From an uncultured Desulfarculus sp. (GTDB lineage: Bacteria; Desulfobacterota; Desulfarculia; Desulfarculales; Desulfarculaceae): a stretch of DNA of 64,000 nucleotides. The stretch lies in assembly GCA_963665125.2 (NCBI GenBank), contig CAXXUK010000001.1, positions 2,592,001 through 2,656,000 of the forward strand, written 5' to 3'. The notes below the pieces were generated by a model. It had not been told where the DNA came from and did not search any database. It was given only the letters and a program-made list of their open reading frames with translations. The translations under genes and the position numbers were made by a program. The stretch's first letter is position 1. The number at the start of each line of letters is the position of its first letter. Of this stretch, positions 26,756 through 36,025 are shown piece by piece.

Positions 26756-27837
26756 GCGCCCCGCCCGAAGCCGCAGACCGGGAAGCGGCAGCCGCCTACG
26801 CAGTTTTGACAAAACCCGCCGTGGCCCAAGGCGGCGATATCGCTGCGTTCGAGCCTTTGACCGGCCAACACCCTGGGCAGGACCACATCGAGTATTGTCG
26901 TGGGATGGAACAAGGCGCAGGCCGGTACGCCCAGCACCGGCACCGGTCCGGCCGGTCCGTCCAGACGGCCGATGAGGAACATTGCTCCGGGCAGCACCGG
27001 CGAGCCGTAGAGCAGGTCATGGCCACCGGCGTCGGCTATGGCGTGGCGGGTTACGTCATCGGGGTCGACGCTCATGCCCGCGGTGGTGATGATCAGCTCG
27101 GCCCCGTCGGCCAGCAGGGAACGGATGGCTCCGGCCACGGCGGCGCGGTCGTCCGGGGCGATCTTCACGCCCAGGACAGAGGCGCCCAGGGCCTCGAGCT
27201 TTTTACGCATCACCGGGCCGAAACCGTCGCTGATCAGTCCCTGGGCCACTTCGTTGCCCGTGACCACCACGCCGGTGCGGGCCGCCCGCAGGGGCAGAAC
27301 CCGCAGCAAACCGCCGTCCTGGGCCGCAATCTTCACGGCGGCCTCCACATTGGCCTTCAGGGGCGTAAGGGGTATGGGCCGCGTTCCGGCCACGCTGCGG
27401 CCTTTTTTAACCACCGAATGACGGTGGATGGTGGCGCACATCACCTCGGGGACCATGTTGAACCGGGTGAGTCGCTCCACATCAAGCTCCAACAGGCCGT
27501 CATAAATGGCCCTGAGCTCGATTTTGCCCTCCCTGGGCGGTCCGGCCGGTTCCAGCCCCGGTCCGGCCAGGGCCTGGGCCAGCAGGCGGGCGGCCTCGTT
27601 TTCGTGCATCTGGTCGTCGGCGATGTCCAGCACATACAGATGCCGCTTGCCCAGGCGGGCCAGGTATTCCAGGTCGCTTTCGGAAACCACGTGGCCCTTG
27701 CGGAATGCCGGGCCCTTGGTTTGCCCGGGGACTATCTCGGTGATGTCATGGGCCAGCATCAGGCCCACGGCCCGCTCCAGGGGCACGATGTCTCCCCTGG
27801 TGGTGTTTTGGCATTGCTCACCGCAATCATTTTTCAT
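26752..27837 (-). CDS. Molybdopterin-binding domain protein (MoeA-like)
   Basis: LAHDITEI, VTGNEV, GMSVDPDDVT, YGSPVLPGAM, C-terminal GHGGFCxxC...CxFPxCxFG. Confidence 0.88.
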   Translation of the reverse strand: MKNDCGEQCQNTTRGDIVPLERAVGLMLAHDITEIVPGQTKGPAFRKGHVVSESDLEYLARLGKRHLYVLDIADDQMHENEAARLLAQALAGPGLEPAGPPREGKIELRAIYDGLLELDVERLTRFNMVPEVMCATIHRHSVVKKGRSVAGTRPIPLTPLKANVEAAVKIAAQDGGLLRVLPLRAARTGVVVTGNEVAQGLISDGFGPVMRKKLEALGASVLGVKIAPDDRAAVAGAIRSLLADGAELIITTAGMSVDPDDVTRHAIADAGGHDLLYGSPVLPGAMFLIGRLDGPAGPVPVLGVPACALFHPTTILDVVLPRVLAGQRLERSDIAALGHGGFCQNCVGGCRFPVCGFGRGA

Positions 27838-28475
27838 CAGGCGTCCCCGTTATAGCTGAAATAGGCCTCGCCGGCGCAGACCGGGCAGAGGTTGCGACCA
27901 TCCCGGCTGCGGATCTGCCCCGAACGCACCGGCAGGCCGCACTCGTCGCAGGTCACCTTGTCGATGCGCGCACCGGGCAACTCGTAGCCGCTGAGGTCAA
28001 CGCTCACCCAGGCGGCGTCGAAAAGCTCATTATCGGGCATGATGCGGTAGGCCGCCTCCTGGACGGCATGGGCGCTGCCGAGGCCTTCGGGCGCGTAGCC
28101 CGCGGCCAAGTCCCGGGAGTCTTCCCGGCTGAGCACGCGCACGGCCTTGCCGCTTTGCATATCCAAAAAAGTGGCGGCCAGCAGACCGGTGTTGATCAGC
28201 TTCAGGGAGCCGCGGCCGAAGCGCAGGCCCGTGGCCGAGGACACCGCATCGGTCAGGCAGCGCTCTATCTCCACGATGCCCACGATGTTTTTTATCTCGG
28301 GCATGCCCAGGGGGCAAGCGTATCCAAGCAGACGCAGGCCCAGGATGGACATGCGCACGCCCACGACCTGGCCGGGGCAAAGGTGGCCGTGGGTGCGGGC
28401 GGAGGCCTCCACCAGGGTGTCGACTTGTTGGCGCGGCGGAACGAGAGGTTCGGGAAGGGATAGGAGTTTTTGCAT
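27837..28475 (-). CDS. FmdE family protein with C-terminal zinc finger
   Basis: HGHLCPGQVVG, EIERCLTDAV, CDECG...CPVC. Confidence 0.9.
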   Translation of the reverse strand: MQKLLSLPEPLVPPRQQVDTLVEASARTHGHLCPGQVVGVRMSILGLRLLGYACPLGMPEIKNIVGIVEIERCLTDAVSSATGLRFGRGSLKLINTGLLAATFLDMQSGKAVRVLSREDSRDLAAGYAPEGLGSAHAVQEAAYRIMPDNELFDAAWVSVDLSGYELPGARIDKVTCDECGLPVRSGQIRSRDGRNLCPVCAGEAYFSYNGDA

Positions 28476-28484
28476 TTGCCTTGC

Positions 28485-29225
28485 TTATTTCACGCGTCTG
28501 ATGTTTGAAATGCGGCCCGTGCCGGGCACCGGTTCGGGTTTGATTTTGTGGGGGCCGGTTTGAATTACCAGGGGCCGGGTCCGGAAGCGCGGCGTGACCG
28601 CGGCGCACAAACCGATCAGCGAACCCCAGGGCCAGCGGCCGATGCTCTGCATGGGCCAGGCCTGGGCCGCCGCCCATGTCATGGGCACGGGGCCCAGAAC
28701 ATCGTGCACCAAATGGCGCAGGCCCAACAACGAAATGGGACGGCCCCGGTGAAGCGGATGATCATGGCCCGTCCAGCGGCGCATACGGGCAACGGGATCG
28801 AAAGGATTGGCGGTGATCACGCAGAGGCGGCTTGCCGCCACCCTTGATGCCTCGGCCAGAACCTGGGCCCGGCGCCCGGTCAGTTCCAAGGTGTTGATCA
28901 GCACCACGGCGTCGAACTGGTTGTCTTCGAAGGGCATGTCATGGGCGTCGCCCAGGGTGATCTGGGCCTTGTGGCCCAGGCGGCGGCCGGCCAGTTTGGT
29001 CACCACCGGCCCGGCGTCGATGCCGTGGGCCAGCATGCCCCGCTCTATCATGTGCTCCAGGTGCACGCCCAAACCGCAGCCCACATCGAGAACCCGCCAG
29101 CCGGGCTGGCAATCCAGAATATGGCTCAGCAAATTTATGCTGGCGCTCAGGTAGGCCTTTCCTGCCGGAGACTCGAGCCAGGCCTCGTAGGCCGCCGTTT
29201 CGCTTGTTTCAAAAACCTTGTCCAT
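28485..29225 (-). CDS. Class I SAM-dependent methyltransferase
   Basis: VLDVGCGLG, GDAHDMPFEDNQFD; start placed at ATG 29225. Confidence 0.85.
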   Translation of the reverse strand: MDKVFETSETAAYEAWLESPAGKAYLSASINLLSHILDCQPGWRVLDVGCGLGVHLEHMIERGMLAHGIDAGPVVTKLAGRRLGHKAQITLGDAHDMPFEDNQFDAVVLINTLELTGRRAQVLAEASRVAASRLCVITANPFDPVARMRRWTGHDHPLHRGRPISLLGLRHLVHDVLGPVPMTWAAAQAWPMQSIGRWPWGSLIGLCAAVTPRFRTRPLVIQTGPHKIKPEPVPGTGRISNIRRVK

Positions 29226-29326
29226 GGAGTAAAGAGTATTACCAACAGGCTTCCGTGGCAAGGGCGGCTTTGCTCTGGCCAACAAGAGCGGGTTTGTGGT
29301 ATTTTTCGCAATGGAGTGATTGCCTA

Positions 29327-29572
29327 ATGCCAAGCCAGACAAAACGACATTGCCGGGGCCCTTCATTCATGGGGCGAATTCTGGATTTTGCGGAAGTATT
29401 GTGCCACCGCCACCTGGAGTGCGGCCTGTACTGCGCCTGTTTGGATCTGGCCACCAGCCGCAATTGGGTTTCCTTTTCCTGCCGGGAATGCGACCTGTTC
29501 CCCGGCGGCGTTCCGGCCGCCCGGCGCGGTCCGGCAACGGTCTTGCCCCTGCCGCTGATCGCCGAACGCTAG
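29327..29572 (+). CDS. Small cysteine-rich putative metal-binding protein
   Basis: HRHLECGLYCACLDLA...WVSFSCREC; fills gap between two minus-strand genes; start ATG 29327 (GGAG upstream) or 29369. Confidence 0.6.
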   Translation: MPSQTKRHCRGPSFMGRILDFAEVLCHRHLECGLYCACLDLATSRNWVSFSCRECDLFPGGVPAARRGPATVLPLPLIAER

Positions 29573-30336
29573 TCTTCGTCCTCACCGTCGGGCAGGGGGC
29601 CGTGGCTCTTGTCCAGCCGATAAAGCAAAGTGTAGATCTTTTCTCGCCAGATCCACACCGGGGCCACGAAGGCCAAACTCAATACCAGCAGCAGGGCGAA
29701 GCTCCAGTACTGTTCGTGGTACACCAAAGCCCCTTGCAGGCTCAGCATTAGGGTGCCGGGAATGCGGCCGATGGATGAAAGGACCATGAACACGGGCCAG
29801 CGCATGGGCGAAACACCCAGCACATAGCACAGCACGTCCTTGGGGAAGCCCGGGAACACGAAAAAGATGAAGCTGATGACAACGCCCTGGCGCTCCATGA
29901 CCACGGCCATTCTGGACATGTAGGCGGGCGGCACCAGGCGGTCCACCAGGCCCTTGCCCAGCAGGCGGGCCAGAAAAAAGTTGATCCAGGAGGCGATGGA
30001 CAGGCCGATGGTGGAATAAAGAAGGGCCTCCCACCAGCCGAAGATGTAGCCTCCGGCCGCGCCCACCAGTTCGCCGGGGATGGGCGAAAAGATGACCTGG
30101 GCTATCTGGAAGCCGATAAAGACCAGCGGCCCCCATGCGCCGTAGGATTCAATGCGCTGGCGGAAGGTGTCGCGGTCGCTGACAACTTCCCACATATCCA
30201 GGGACCATGCGTAGAGGGGCTGCCAATATATCCACAGCATCACGCAACACGCGGCAAAGGCGGCCAGCACGAGCCAAAGCCGCCAGCCGCCCCGTTTGAT
30301 GGCCTCTTTAAAGTCGAACTTGGGCAGTTTTTTCAC
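29569..30336 (-). CDS. TVP38/TMEM64 (DedA-like) membrane protein
   Basis: QVIFSPIPGELVGAAGGYIFG, FPGFPKDVLCY, GRIPG. Confidence 0.9.
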   Translation of the reverse strand: MKKLPKFDFKEAIKRGGWRLWLVLAAFAACCVMLWIYWQPLYAWSLDMWEVVSDRDTFRQRIESYGAWGPLVFIGFQIAQVIFSPIPGELVGAAGGYIFGWWEALLYSTIGLSIASWINFFLARLLGKGLVDRLVPPAYMSRMAVVMERQGVVISFIFFVFPGFPKDVLCYVLGVSPMRWPVFMVLSSIGRIPGTLMLSLQGALVYHEQYWSFALLLVLSLAFVAPVWIWREKIYTLLYRLDKSHGPLPDGEDED

Positions 30337-31682
30337 TTGTTTTTATCGCGGTTGCGCAGTCCGGGCTGGCCGGTGGACTCCAGAACCGAACGCCACAAGC
30401 CTCCCGTGGGGCTGATCCGTTTGGTGTGGCTGATGGCCAATTCATTGGGAACATGCACGAAGTGGTTGTTCCACATTGACACCAGCATGCCCGTGCAACC
30501 GTGCATGCCCGCGTGCACGGCGTGATGGCCCAGGGAGCCGGTATAGATGCGGTCGCCGCTGTTGGCCGGCACCGAACGCACCAGATACGACGGATCAATG
30601 TATTTCAGGTTCAGTTCCAAGCCCTTGTCATGGAAATAGGTGGCGATTTCCTGCTTGAGAAATGTGCCGATATCGCCCAGCTTCTGGTTGCCGCTGGCGT
30701 CCCGGCCCAGCAGGTTGGGGTCAAAGTGCTCCTGGCCCGCGCCTTCGGCCACGACGATCACGGCGTGGCCTCTGTCCACAACCCGGTGGACCAGGCATTC
30801 CATCAGGCCATAGGGGCCCTGAATGTCAAAGGGGACTTCGGGCACCAGGCAGAAGTTCACCTCGCTGAGGGCCAGGGTGGCGTTGGCGGCCACGAATCCG
30901 GCGTTGCGGCCCATGACCTTGACCAGGCCGATGCCGTGCGGCGAGCCTTCGGCCTCGTTGTGGGCGCCCAGGATGGCCCTGGTGGCCGCATCCACGGCGG
31001 TCTGGAAACCGAAAGTCAGGTCCACGAATGAAATATCATTGTCAATGGTCTTGGGAATTGTAATCAAGGAGATCTTGAGGTTGCGGGAGGTGATTTCCTT
31101 GTAGATCTTTTGGGCGGCCCGCAACGTGCCGTCGCCGCCGATCATGAAAAGCATGCCGATATTCTGGCGCTCCAGCGAATCGACGACCTCTTCAATGGGC
31201 TGCGGCCCCCGGCTCATGCCCAGAAATGAGCCGCCACGGCCGTGGATCTGCTGGGCGACCTTGGGCGTCAGGTCCACGAAGTCGTGGCCGTACGCGGGGA
31301 TGAAGCCCTGCAGGCCATAGCGCACGCCCACAATATTGCGAACTCCATACATGTAGTAAAGTTGCAGGACTATGGCCCGGACCAGGGAGTTGAGGCCGGG
31401 GCACATTCCGCCGCACGTCACGATGGCCGCTTTAAGCTTGGTGGGGTCGAAATAGATCTTTTTCTGGGGTCCGGCCAGTTCGAAACCCGGCGGAGCTTCC
31501 TCGCCTTCCCGGTAAGAGCACTCGTATGGGTTCACCAAAACCCTGGGGCTTTCTTCGTCAAGAAACCGGAAGCCCTCGCTGTCGGAGGTCTCCATGCTTG
31601 CCAAAGGATTGGGGATTTTGGCCGGCCCGAGACGGGGCACTAAGGTTTCTTCGGGAGAGACCGTATGTCTGGTCTTGTTCAC
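30333..31682 (-). CDS. pfkA: ATP-dependent 6-phosphofructokinase
   Basis: TCGGMCPGLN, GGDGT (Gly = ATP type), PKTIDND, MGRNAG, YIDPSY. Confidence 0.93.
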   Translation of the reverse strand: MNKTRHTVSPEETLVPRLGPAKIPNPLASMETSDSEGFRFLDEESPRVLVNPYECSYREGEEAPPGFELAGPQKKIYFDPTKLKAAIVTCGGMCPGLNSLVRAIVLQLYYMYGVRNIVGVRYGLQGFIPAYGHDFVDLTPKVAQQIHGRGGSFLGMSRGPQPIEEVVDSLERQNIGMLFMIGGDGTLRAAQKIYKEITSRNLKISLITIPKTIDNDISFVDLTFGFQTAVDAATRAILGAHNEAEGSPHGIGLVKVMGRNAGFVAANATLALSEVNFCLVPEVPFDIQGPYGLMECLVHRVVDRGHAVIVVAEGAGQEHFDPNLLGRDASGNQKLGDIGTFLKQEIATYFHDKGLELNLKYIDPSYLVRSVPANSGDRIYTGSLGHHAVHAGMHGCTGMLVSMWNNHFVHVPNELAISHTKRISPTGGLWRSVLESTGQPGLRNRDKNK

Positions 31683-31848
31683 CGCAAGCCTCCGGTTTTT
31701 AGTGAGTCTCTAACTGCAAACTAACATTCGCCACATTCAGGGTCAAGCAGGCAAGTGCTTTACAAACCGCACCATTGTGTTACGATTTGGTCCGCAAACA
31801 AGACACTGGGCGGCCACGGGCCGTATGCCAATAAATGGAGAAATAAAA

Positions 31849-33012
31849 ATGATTTCACAGTTCACGGTTGAAGGCGTTCGCCGCGTGACCTTCGGGTGTG
31901 GCGCCGCCGCCAAGTTGGGCGGTGAGGCGGCCCTTATCGGCGCTAAAAAAGCATTGGTGGTTCTGGACCCTGCCATAGCCGAACTGGGCGTGGCGGCCCC
32001 GGCCCTGGAGTCCCTGAAACAGGCCGGCGTGGCCTATGAACTGTTCAGCGAAATGACCAGGGAGCCCGAACCTTCCGAAGCCGACGCGGCCGCCGAGGCC
32101 GGTAAAAAGTTCGGCGCGGAAATGGTCGTGGGAATCGGCGGCGGCAGCGCCCTTGACCTGGCCAAGGGAGTTGGCGTGTTGATCTGCAACGACGGCCAAT
32201 GCACTGACTACGTTGGCCTTGACCTGGTGCCCAGCCCCGGTCTGCCGGTGATCTGCCTGCCCACCACCGCCGGTACGGGCTCGGAAGTAACCTTCACCGC
32301 CGTGTTCACCCGCCGGGCCGACGGCTTCAAGGGCGGCATCAACGGCCGCCTGCTCTACCCCCATGCCGCCATCTTGGATCCGGAATTGACCGTGAGCTGC
32401 CCGCCGTACATCACGGCCATCACGGGCATGGACGCCCTGACCCACGCCATTGAGGCCTACACCAGCCGGGCCGCCCACGCCCTTAGCGACCACAACGCCT
32501 TGGCCGCCATCGAACTCATCGGCGGCAACCTGCGCCAGGCCGTTGCCCACGGCGCCAACATCGAAGCCCGCAGCGCCATGCTCATGGGCTCCTACCTGGC
32601 CGGGCTGGCCCTGGCCCAGGCAGGCGTTGGCGCGGTGCACGCCATGGCCTACCCCCTGGGCGCCATGTACGACATCCCCCACGGCGAGGCCAACGCCACC
32701 CTGCTGCCCTACGTCCTGGGCTTCAACCTGATGGCCTGCCCCGAGCGCTTCGCCGACATCGCCAACGCCCTGGCCGAACTGCCCGACGACATGACCGAGC
32801 GCGAACAGGCCTACGCCTGCGTCCACGAAGTCCTGGACCTGAGCCAGGATGTCGGCATCCCGTCCAACCTGACGGAACTCAATGTGCCCCAGAACTCCAT
32901 CCCCGAAATGGCCAAAAAGGCCATGGGCGTGGCCCGGCCCATTGAAAACAACCCCCGCAAAGTCACCGCCGCGGATCTGGAAGTCATCTACCGCGAGGCC
33001 TTCGGCGAATAG
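31849..33012 (+). CDS. Iron-containing alcohol dehydrogenase
   Basis: GGGSALD, PTTAGTGSE, DALTHAIE, VHAMAYPLG, HGEANA; GGAG RBS before ATG 31849. Confidence 0.93.
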   Translation: MISQFTVEGVRRVTFGCGAAAKLGGEAALIGAKKALVVLDPAIAELGVAAPALESLKQAGVAYELFSEMTREPEPSEADAAAEAGKKFGAEMVVGIGGGSALDLAKGVGVLICNDGQCTDYVGLDLVPSPGLPVICLPTTAGTGSEVTFTAVFTRRADGFKGGINGRLLYPHAAILDPELTVSCPPYITAITGMDALTHAIEAYTSRAAHALSDHNALAAIELIGGNLRQAVAHGANIEARSAMLMGSYLAGLALAQAGVGAVHAMAYPLGAMYDIPHGEANATLLPYVLGFNLMACPERFADIANALAELPDDMTEREQAYACVHEVLDLSQDVGIPSNLTELNVPQNSIPEMAKKAMGVARPIENNPRKVTAADLEVIYREAFGE

Positions 33013-33202
33013 TTTCTTGGGGAAAACTTTTTCAAAGAACTTTACGCGAAACCCTTTCAGCCTGCGGCCGAAAGGGTTTCGCGGCGTTTGGGCCCTGCTC
33101 GTTTGTAGCTTTTCAATTTTTTCAGTGTCGATTGCTTTGCCTGCGGCAAAGCAATCGACACCGCATAAAACCGCAGAAGTTGGAGATTAAACGAAAGCGC
33201 CC
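33013..33202. repeat. REP-like palindrome mosaic between convergent genes
   Basis: Hairpins cgcgaaaccctttc-a-gcc-tgc-ggc-c-gaaagggtttcgcg (33045-33083) and 17-bp perfect gtgtcgattgctttgcc-tgc-ggcaaagcaatcgacac (33125-33161). Confidence 0.8.
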
Positions 33203-33234
33203 ACGACCCCAAAGAAATGACCCCCACGAAAAAA

Positions 33235-33441
33235 TCACGCGTAAGGCGAGCCGGTGTTGCCTTTTTCCAGCTTGGTGCCCAGTTCCTCGCCGCAGACCTG
33301 GCAGTAATAGGCGAATTTTTCGGCGTCGGGCAGGACCAGCAGGAGCTTGCGCCGCACTGGCTGGGCCTTGCCGCACTTGGGGCAAAGCAGGCTGGATGCC
33401 TCAATTCCCGCGCCCCTGGTATGTTGGGATTGATCAGCCAT
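33235..33441 (-). CDS. Small zinc-ribbon protein
   Basis: CPKC...VRRKLLLVLP...YCQVCG; last gene of a tightly packed minus-strand run. Confidence 0.75.
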   Translation of the reverse strand: MADQSQHTRGAGIEASSLLCPKCGKAQPVRRKLLLVLPDAEKFAYYCQVCGEELGTKLEKGNTGSPYA

Positions 33442-33455
33442 CAGCCGTGTTTTGG

Positions 33456-33791
33456 TTAGGTTTCCAACTGGAGATCGGCCAGCAGGCGGTCGGCGAAATT
33501 CAGGGCGAATTCCCGCTGGGAGGCAGTGGCGTAGCCGATGCAGGTGCAGCGCATGCCCGCGGCCGAACGGACCAACAGCTCGATTCGCATACTGTCTTCT
33601 TCCAGGACCACGGCCAGACGGTGGGGTCCGCAGGTGTCGGAATGGCCTACTTGTTCTGCGGTGAGCAGATCAGGCGGCAGATTCAGCCAAAACACGCCGC
33701 CCAGGTTGCTGGCCTCACAGATATCTCCCAGGTGGTTTTCGAGTTTTTCAATATCTTGTTGTTGAAGTTCGTCAAAGAGGATCGAACGCAT
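33456..33791 (-). CDS. Conserved hypothetical protein
   Basis: TGATG-coupled to upstream gene; motifs FWLNLP, ELLVRS...RCTCIGYAT. Confidence 0.75.
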   Translation of the reverse strand: MRSILFDELQQQDIEKLENHLGDICEASNLGGVFWLNLPPDLLTAEQVGHSDTCGPHRLAVVLEEDSMRIELLVRSAAGMRCTCIGYATASQREFALNFADRLLADLQLET

Positions 33792-34153
33792 CAATCAGTC
33801 TCCGGCGGGGTCTTTGCCTGCTGGGCGTCCACCTTGCGGCCATTGATATAGGCGTCAATGATGCCGTAGAGCCACAGGGGCAGGCCGATGATGGCCATGA
33901 TCCCCAGCCAGCCCAAGCCCCCCGCCGCGACCCGGTGCATGATTGCCATGGGCAGGCTCAGGTCCTTGGGGGCCATGTCCAGGGTGGTCAGCGCCGCCCA
34001 GAGCTTCATGCTCAGCAGGGCGAAAAAAATCAAAAAGAGCATACTGGAGGCCGAGACCATCAGCCCCGCCTTGCGCACCTGGCCGTTGTAGAGTTGGCCC
34101 ACGCCAGGCATGACAAAGGCGCTGAGCAGGGGCGAGGCTACGGCTTTTCGCAT
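33791..34153 (-). CDS. Small membrane protein
   Basis: LLSAFVMPGVGQLYNG and LWLYGIIDAY; 2-3 TM segments. Confidence 0.8.
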   Translation of the reverse strand: MRKAVASPLLSAFVMPGVGQLYNGQVRKAGLMVSASSMLFLIFFALLSMKLWAALTTLDMAPKDLSLPMAIMHRVAAGGLGWLGIMAIIGLPLWLYGIIDAYINGRKVDAQQAKTPPETD

Positions 34154-34155
34154 GG

Positions 34156-34914
34156 TTATTTTTCTTCCCGGCCGTATACGGCCAGATACTGTTCCAGGGT
34201 GTCGACGACCTCCTGCTCCAGTTCACGCATTTCGCCGTCCACCATCACCTCGACGCCGTTTTCGACCAGATGATCCACGGCCTCGCGGATGCCCAACAGC
34301 GACCAGACCGGCAGACCGGTCTTTTCCTCAAAGGCTGCCAATGCATCCGCCCCCCGCTTGCCTTCGACGACTTTTCCCTTGTCATTGTAAACGGCCTGGG
34401 TCTGCTGGCGGTCAACGGCCAGGGCCACGCCGACCACATGGGGAGCCTTGTTGCCAAAGAAATCCTGGATTTTTTCCAGCAGTTCCACCTTGGTGGCCAT
34501 GGAGGTGCCAACGTCGTCGATTATCAACACCCTGGTGCCCGGCTGCAGGGCTCCGGTGACGAACATCGAGCCCTTGCCGGCGTGTTCGCCGTGGGTCTTG
34601 GCTTCCTTGCGGTCATAGTCGAAGGCCAGGTCAATGCCGTGTTCGCGTTGCAGAGCTATGGCCATGGCCTGGGCAATTGCACTGCCCTTGTAGGACGGGC
34701 CAAGCAGGACATCAACCTTGCCGCCCAGGTTGTGGTCCACAAACCAGTCGGCAAAGCAGCGGCCCAGCGCCCAGGAAAGGCGCCCGGTGCGGAACACGCC
34801 CAGGTTCACGAAATACGGGGTGGGCCTGCCGTCTTTCAACCGAAGCCCTTGCCTGAACATCAGCGCACCGCTTTTGGCCAGCAATTCCGCCAGCCTTTTT
34901 TGATAGTCCTTCAT
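34156..34914 (-). CDS. pyrE: Orotate phosphoribosyltransferase
   Basis: LKDGRPTPYFVN, GPSYKG, DRKEAKTHGE, LIIDDVGTS, VDRQQ. Confidence 0.9.
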   Translation of the reverse strand: MKDYQKRLAELLAKSGALMFRQGLRLKDGRPTPYFVNLGVFRTGRLSWALGRCFADWFVDHNLGGKVDVLLGPSYKGSAIAQAMAIALQREHGIDLAFDYDRKEAKTHGEHAGKGSMFVTGALQPGTRVLIIDDVGTSMATKVELLEKIQDFFGNKAPHVVGVALAVDRQQTQAVYNDKGKVVEGKRGADALAAFEEKTGLPVWSLLGIREAVDHLVENGVEVMVDGEMRELEQEVVDTLEQYLAVYGREEK

Positions 34915-34980
34915 GAGCCAATCTCCGGTGTTATTAGTGCATGCATGCTATAACACGGCCATGTCAAATTCAAGACCAAC

Positions 34981-35871
34981 TCATACAGGGCGGACAATGT
35001 ATTTTTCAACCAGGTGATCGGGCCGGTAAGACTCCTTGGCAGCCCGCAGTCCATCTATGCCCAGGTCCTGTTCCCGGTTGATATATTTAACATTTTGCCA
35101 AGCCGCCGCCGCGAACTCACGGTTTATCACGGCGTATAGGCCAGGCATCTCGGGGTTCGCCTTTTCAATGTGGATAACGGCCGTGTCGTTGTTGAGCGCT
35201 TCGCCGAAACTGAAGGCCTCCACATTGTCCTGAACGCAGATGGCCCCGCCCACGAAATCGAGCTTGTCAAAGTTGGCCAGGGCCTCGTGAATTGCCAGGT
35301 CCTCATTGATCAGGCTGGGATCGCCGCCGCACTCGCGCATCTGGCACCAGTGCTCCTGCATGTCCAGCACCTGCTCCACAAGTTCGACGTTCAGCGGTTT
35401 ATAGCTGAAGGGGATTGACTTGGCAAACTTGTTATAGTGGTTTTTCTTGCGGTGGAACTTGCGGCCCGCCAGGCTGACAAGGTCTTGGGCCGCATAGACA
35501 TAGTCGAACTGATCCCTGTCAGGCTCGATGCGCAGGCCCTTTTCAGCGGCAAGGCGGGCGGCGAACGGCTGATCAACCCTGGCCAGCAGAGGCTCGGCCC
35601 CGGCCTTTTCCATGTGGCCGAAGATGCTGCGCACCGCTGCTGTTCTGTCGCCGGCGCCCAGGGGCTGCATGCCAAAGGGCGGCGAACCCACCGGGTCCAT
35701 AATGATCAGCAGGCATCCGTCATGAAGTCGCCACATGGGCCGATAATAGCTGCGCCACATGAACAGGTTGGTAAAGGTCAATTCCGAGGTGACAGGCTTG
35801 GCGTCGGCAATCATGGGAGCCAGGATATCTTTGTCGGCCAGTTCCAGTGGTTTGAACTCAGCTATTTCCAT
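34981..35871 (-). CDS. DUF2156 / aminoacyl-phosphatidylglycerol synthase-like GNAT-domain protein
   Basis: SELTFTNLFMW, DYVY...L.GRKFHRKKNH, HIEKA, INREQDLGIDGLRAAKESY. Confidence 0.88.
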   Translation of the reverse strand: MEIAEFKPLELADKDILAPMIADAKPVTSELTFTNLFMWRSYYRPMWRLHDGCLLIIMDPVGSPPFGMQPLGAGDRTAAVRSIFGHMEKAGAEPLLARVDQPFAARLAAEKGLRIEPDRDQFDYVYAAQDLVSLAGRKFHRKKNHYNKFAKSIPFSYKPLNVELVEQVLDMQEHWCQMRECGGDPSLINEDLAIHEALANFDKLDFVGGAICVQDNVEAFSFGEALNNDTAVIHIEKANPEMPGLYAVINREFAAAAWQNVKYINREQDLGIDGLRAAKESYRPDHLVEKYIVRPV

Positions 35872-35965
35872 ATTCCACCAATAAGGGTTTGAACGGCAAT
35901 TGACATAAGCCTAGCGGCAAAGCGGCGATAGGGCAATGCCCGCCTGCGATAGACCCGTGGCGGCG

Positions 35966-35994
35966 TTGACAAGCGCAGGCGTGCGTGACATATT
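35966..35994 (+). promoter_or_regulatory. sigma70 promoter of glyA
   Basis: TTGACA-17-CATATT with TG extension; overlapped by palindrome gtgcgtga...ttacgcac (35981-36001). Confidence 0.6.
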
Positions 35995-36025
35995 TACGCA
36001 CTTGTTCAAGCCTAAGGATAAAACC

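Noticed and set aside
19590..33205. Palindrome clusters as CRISPR array or IS element
   Set aside because: No regularly spaced direct repeats, cas genes, transposase or target-site duplications seen
35880..36025. ZTP (pfl) or glycine riboswitch upstream of glyA
   Set aside because: Conserved GACUGGCG/CGCCUGGG and glycine aptamer motifs absent; the promoter lies too close to the start codon to leave room
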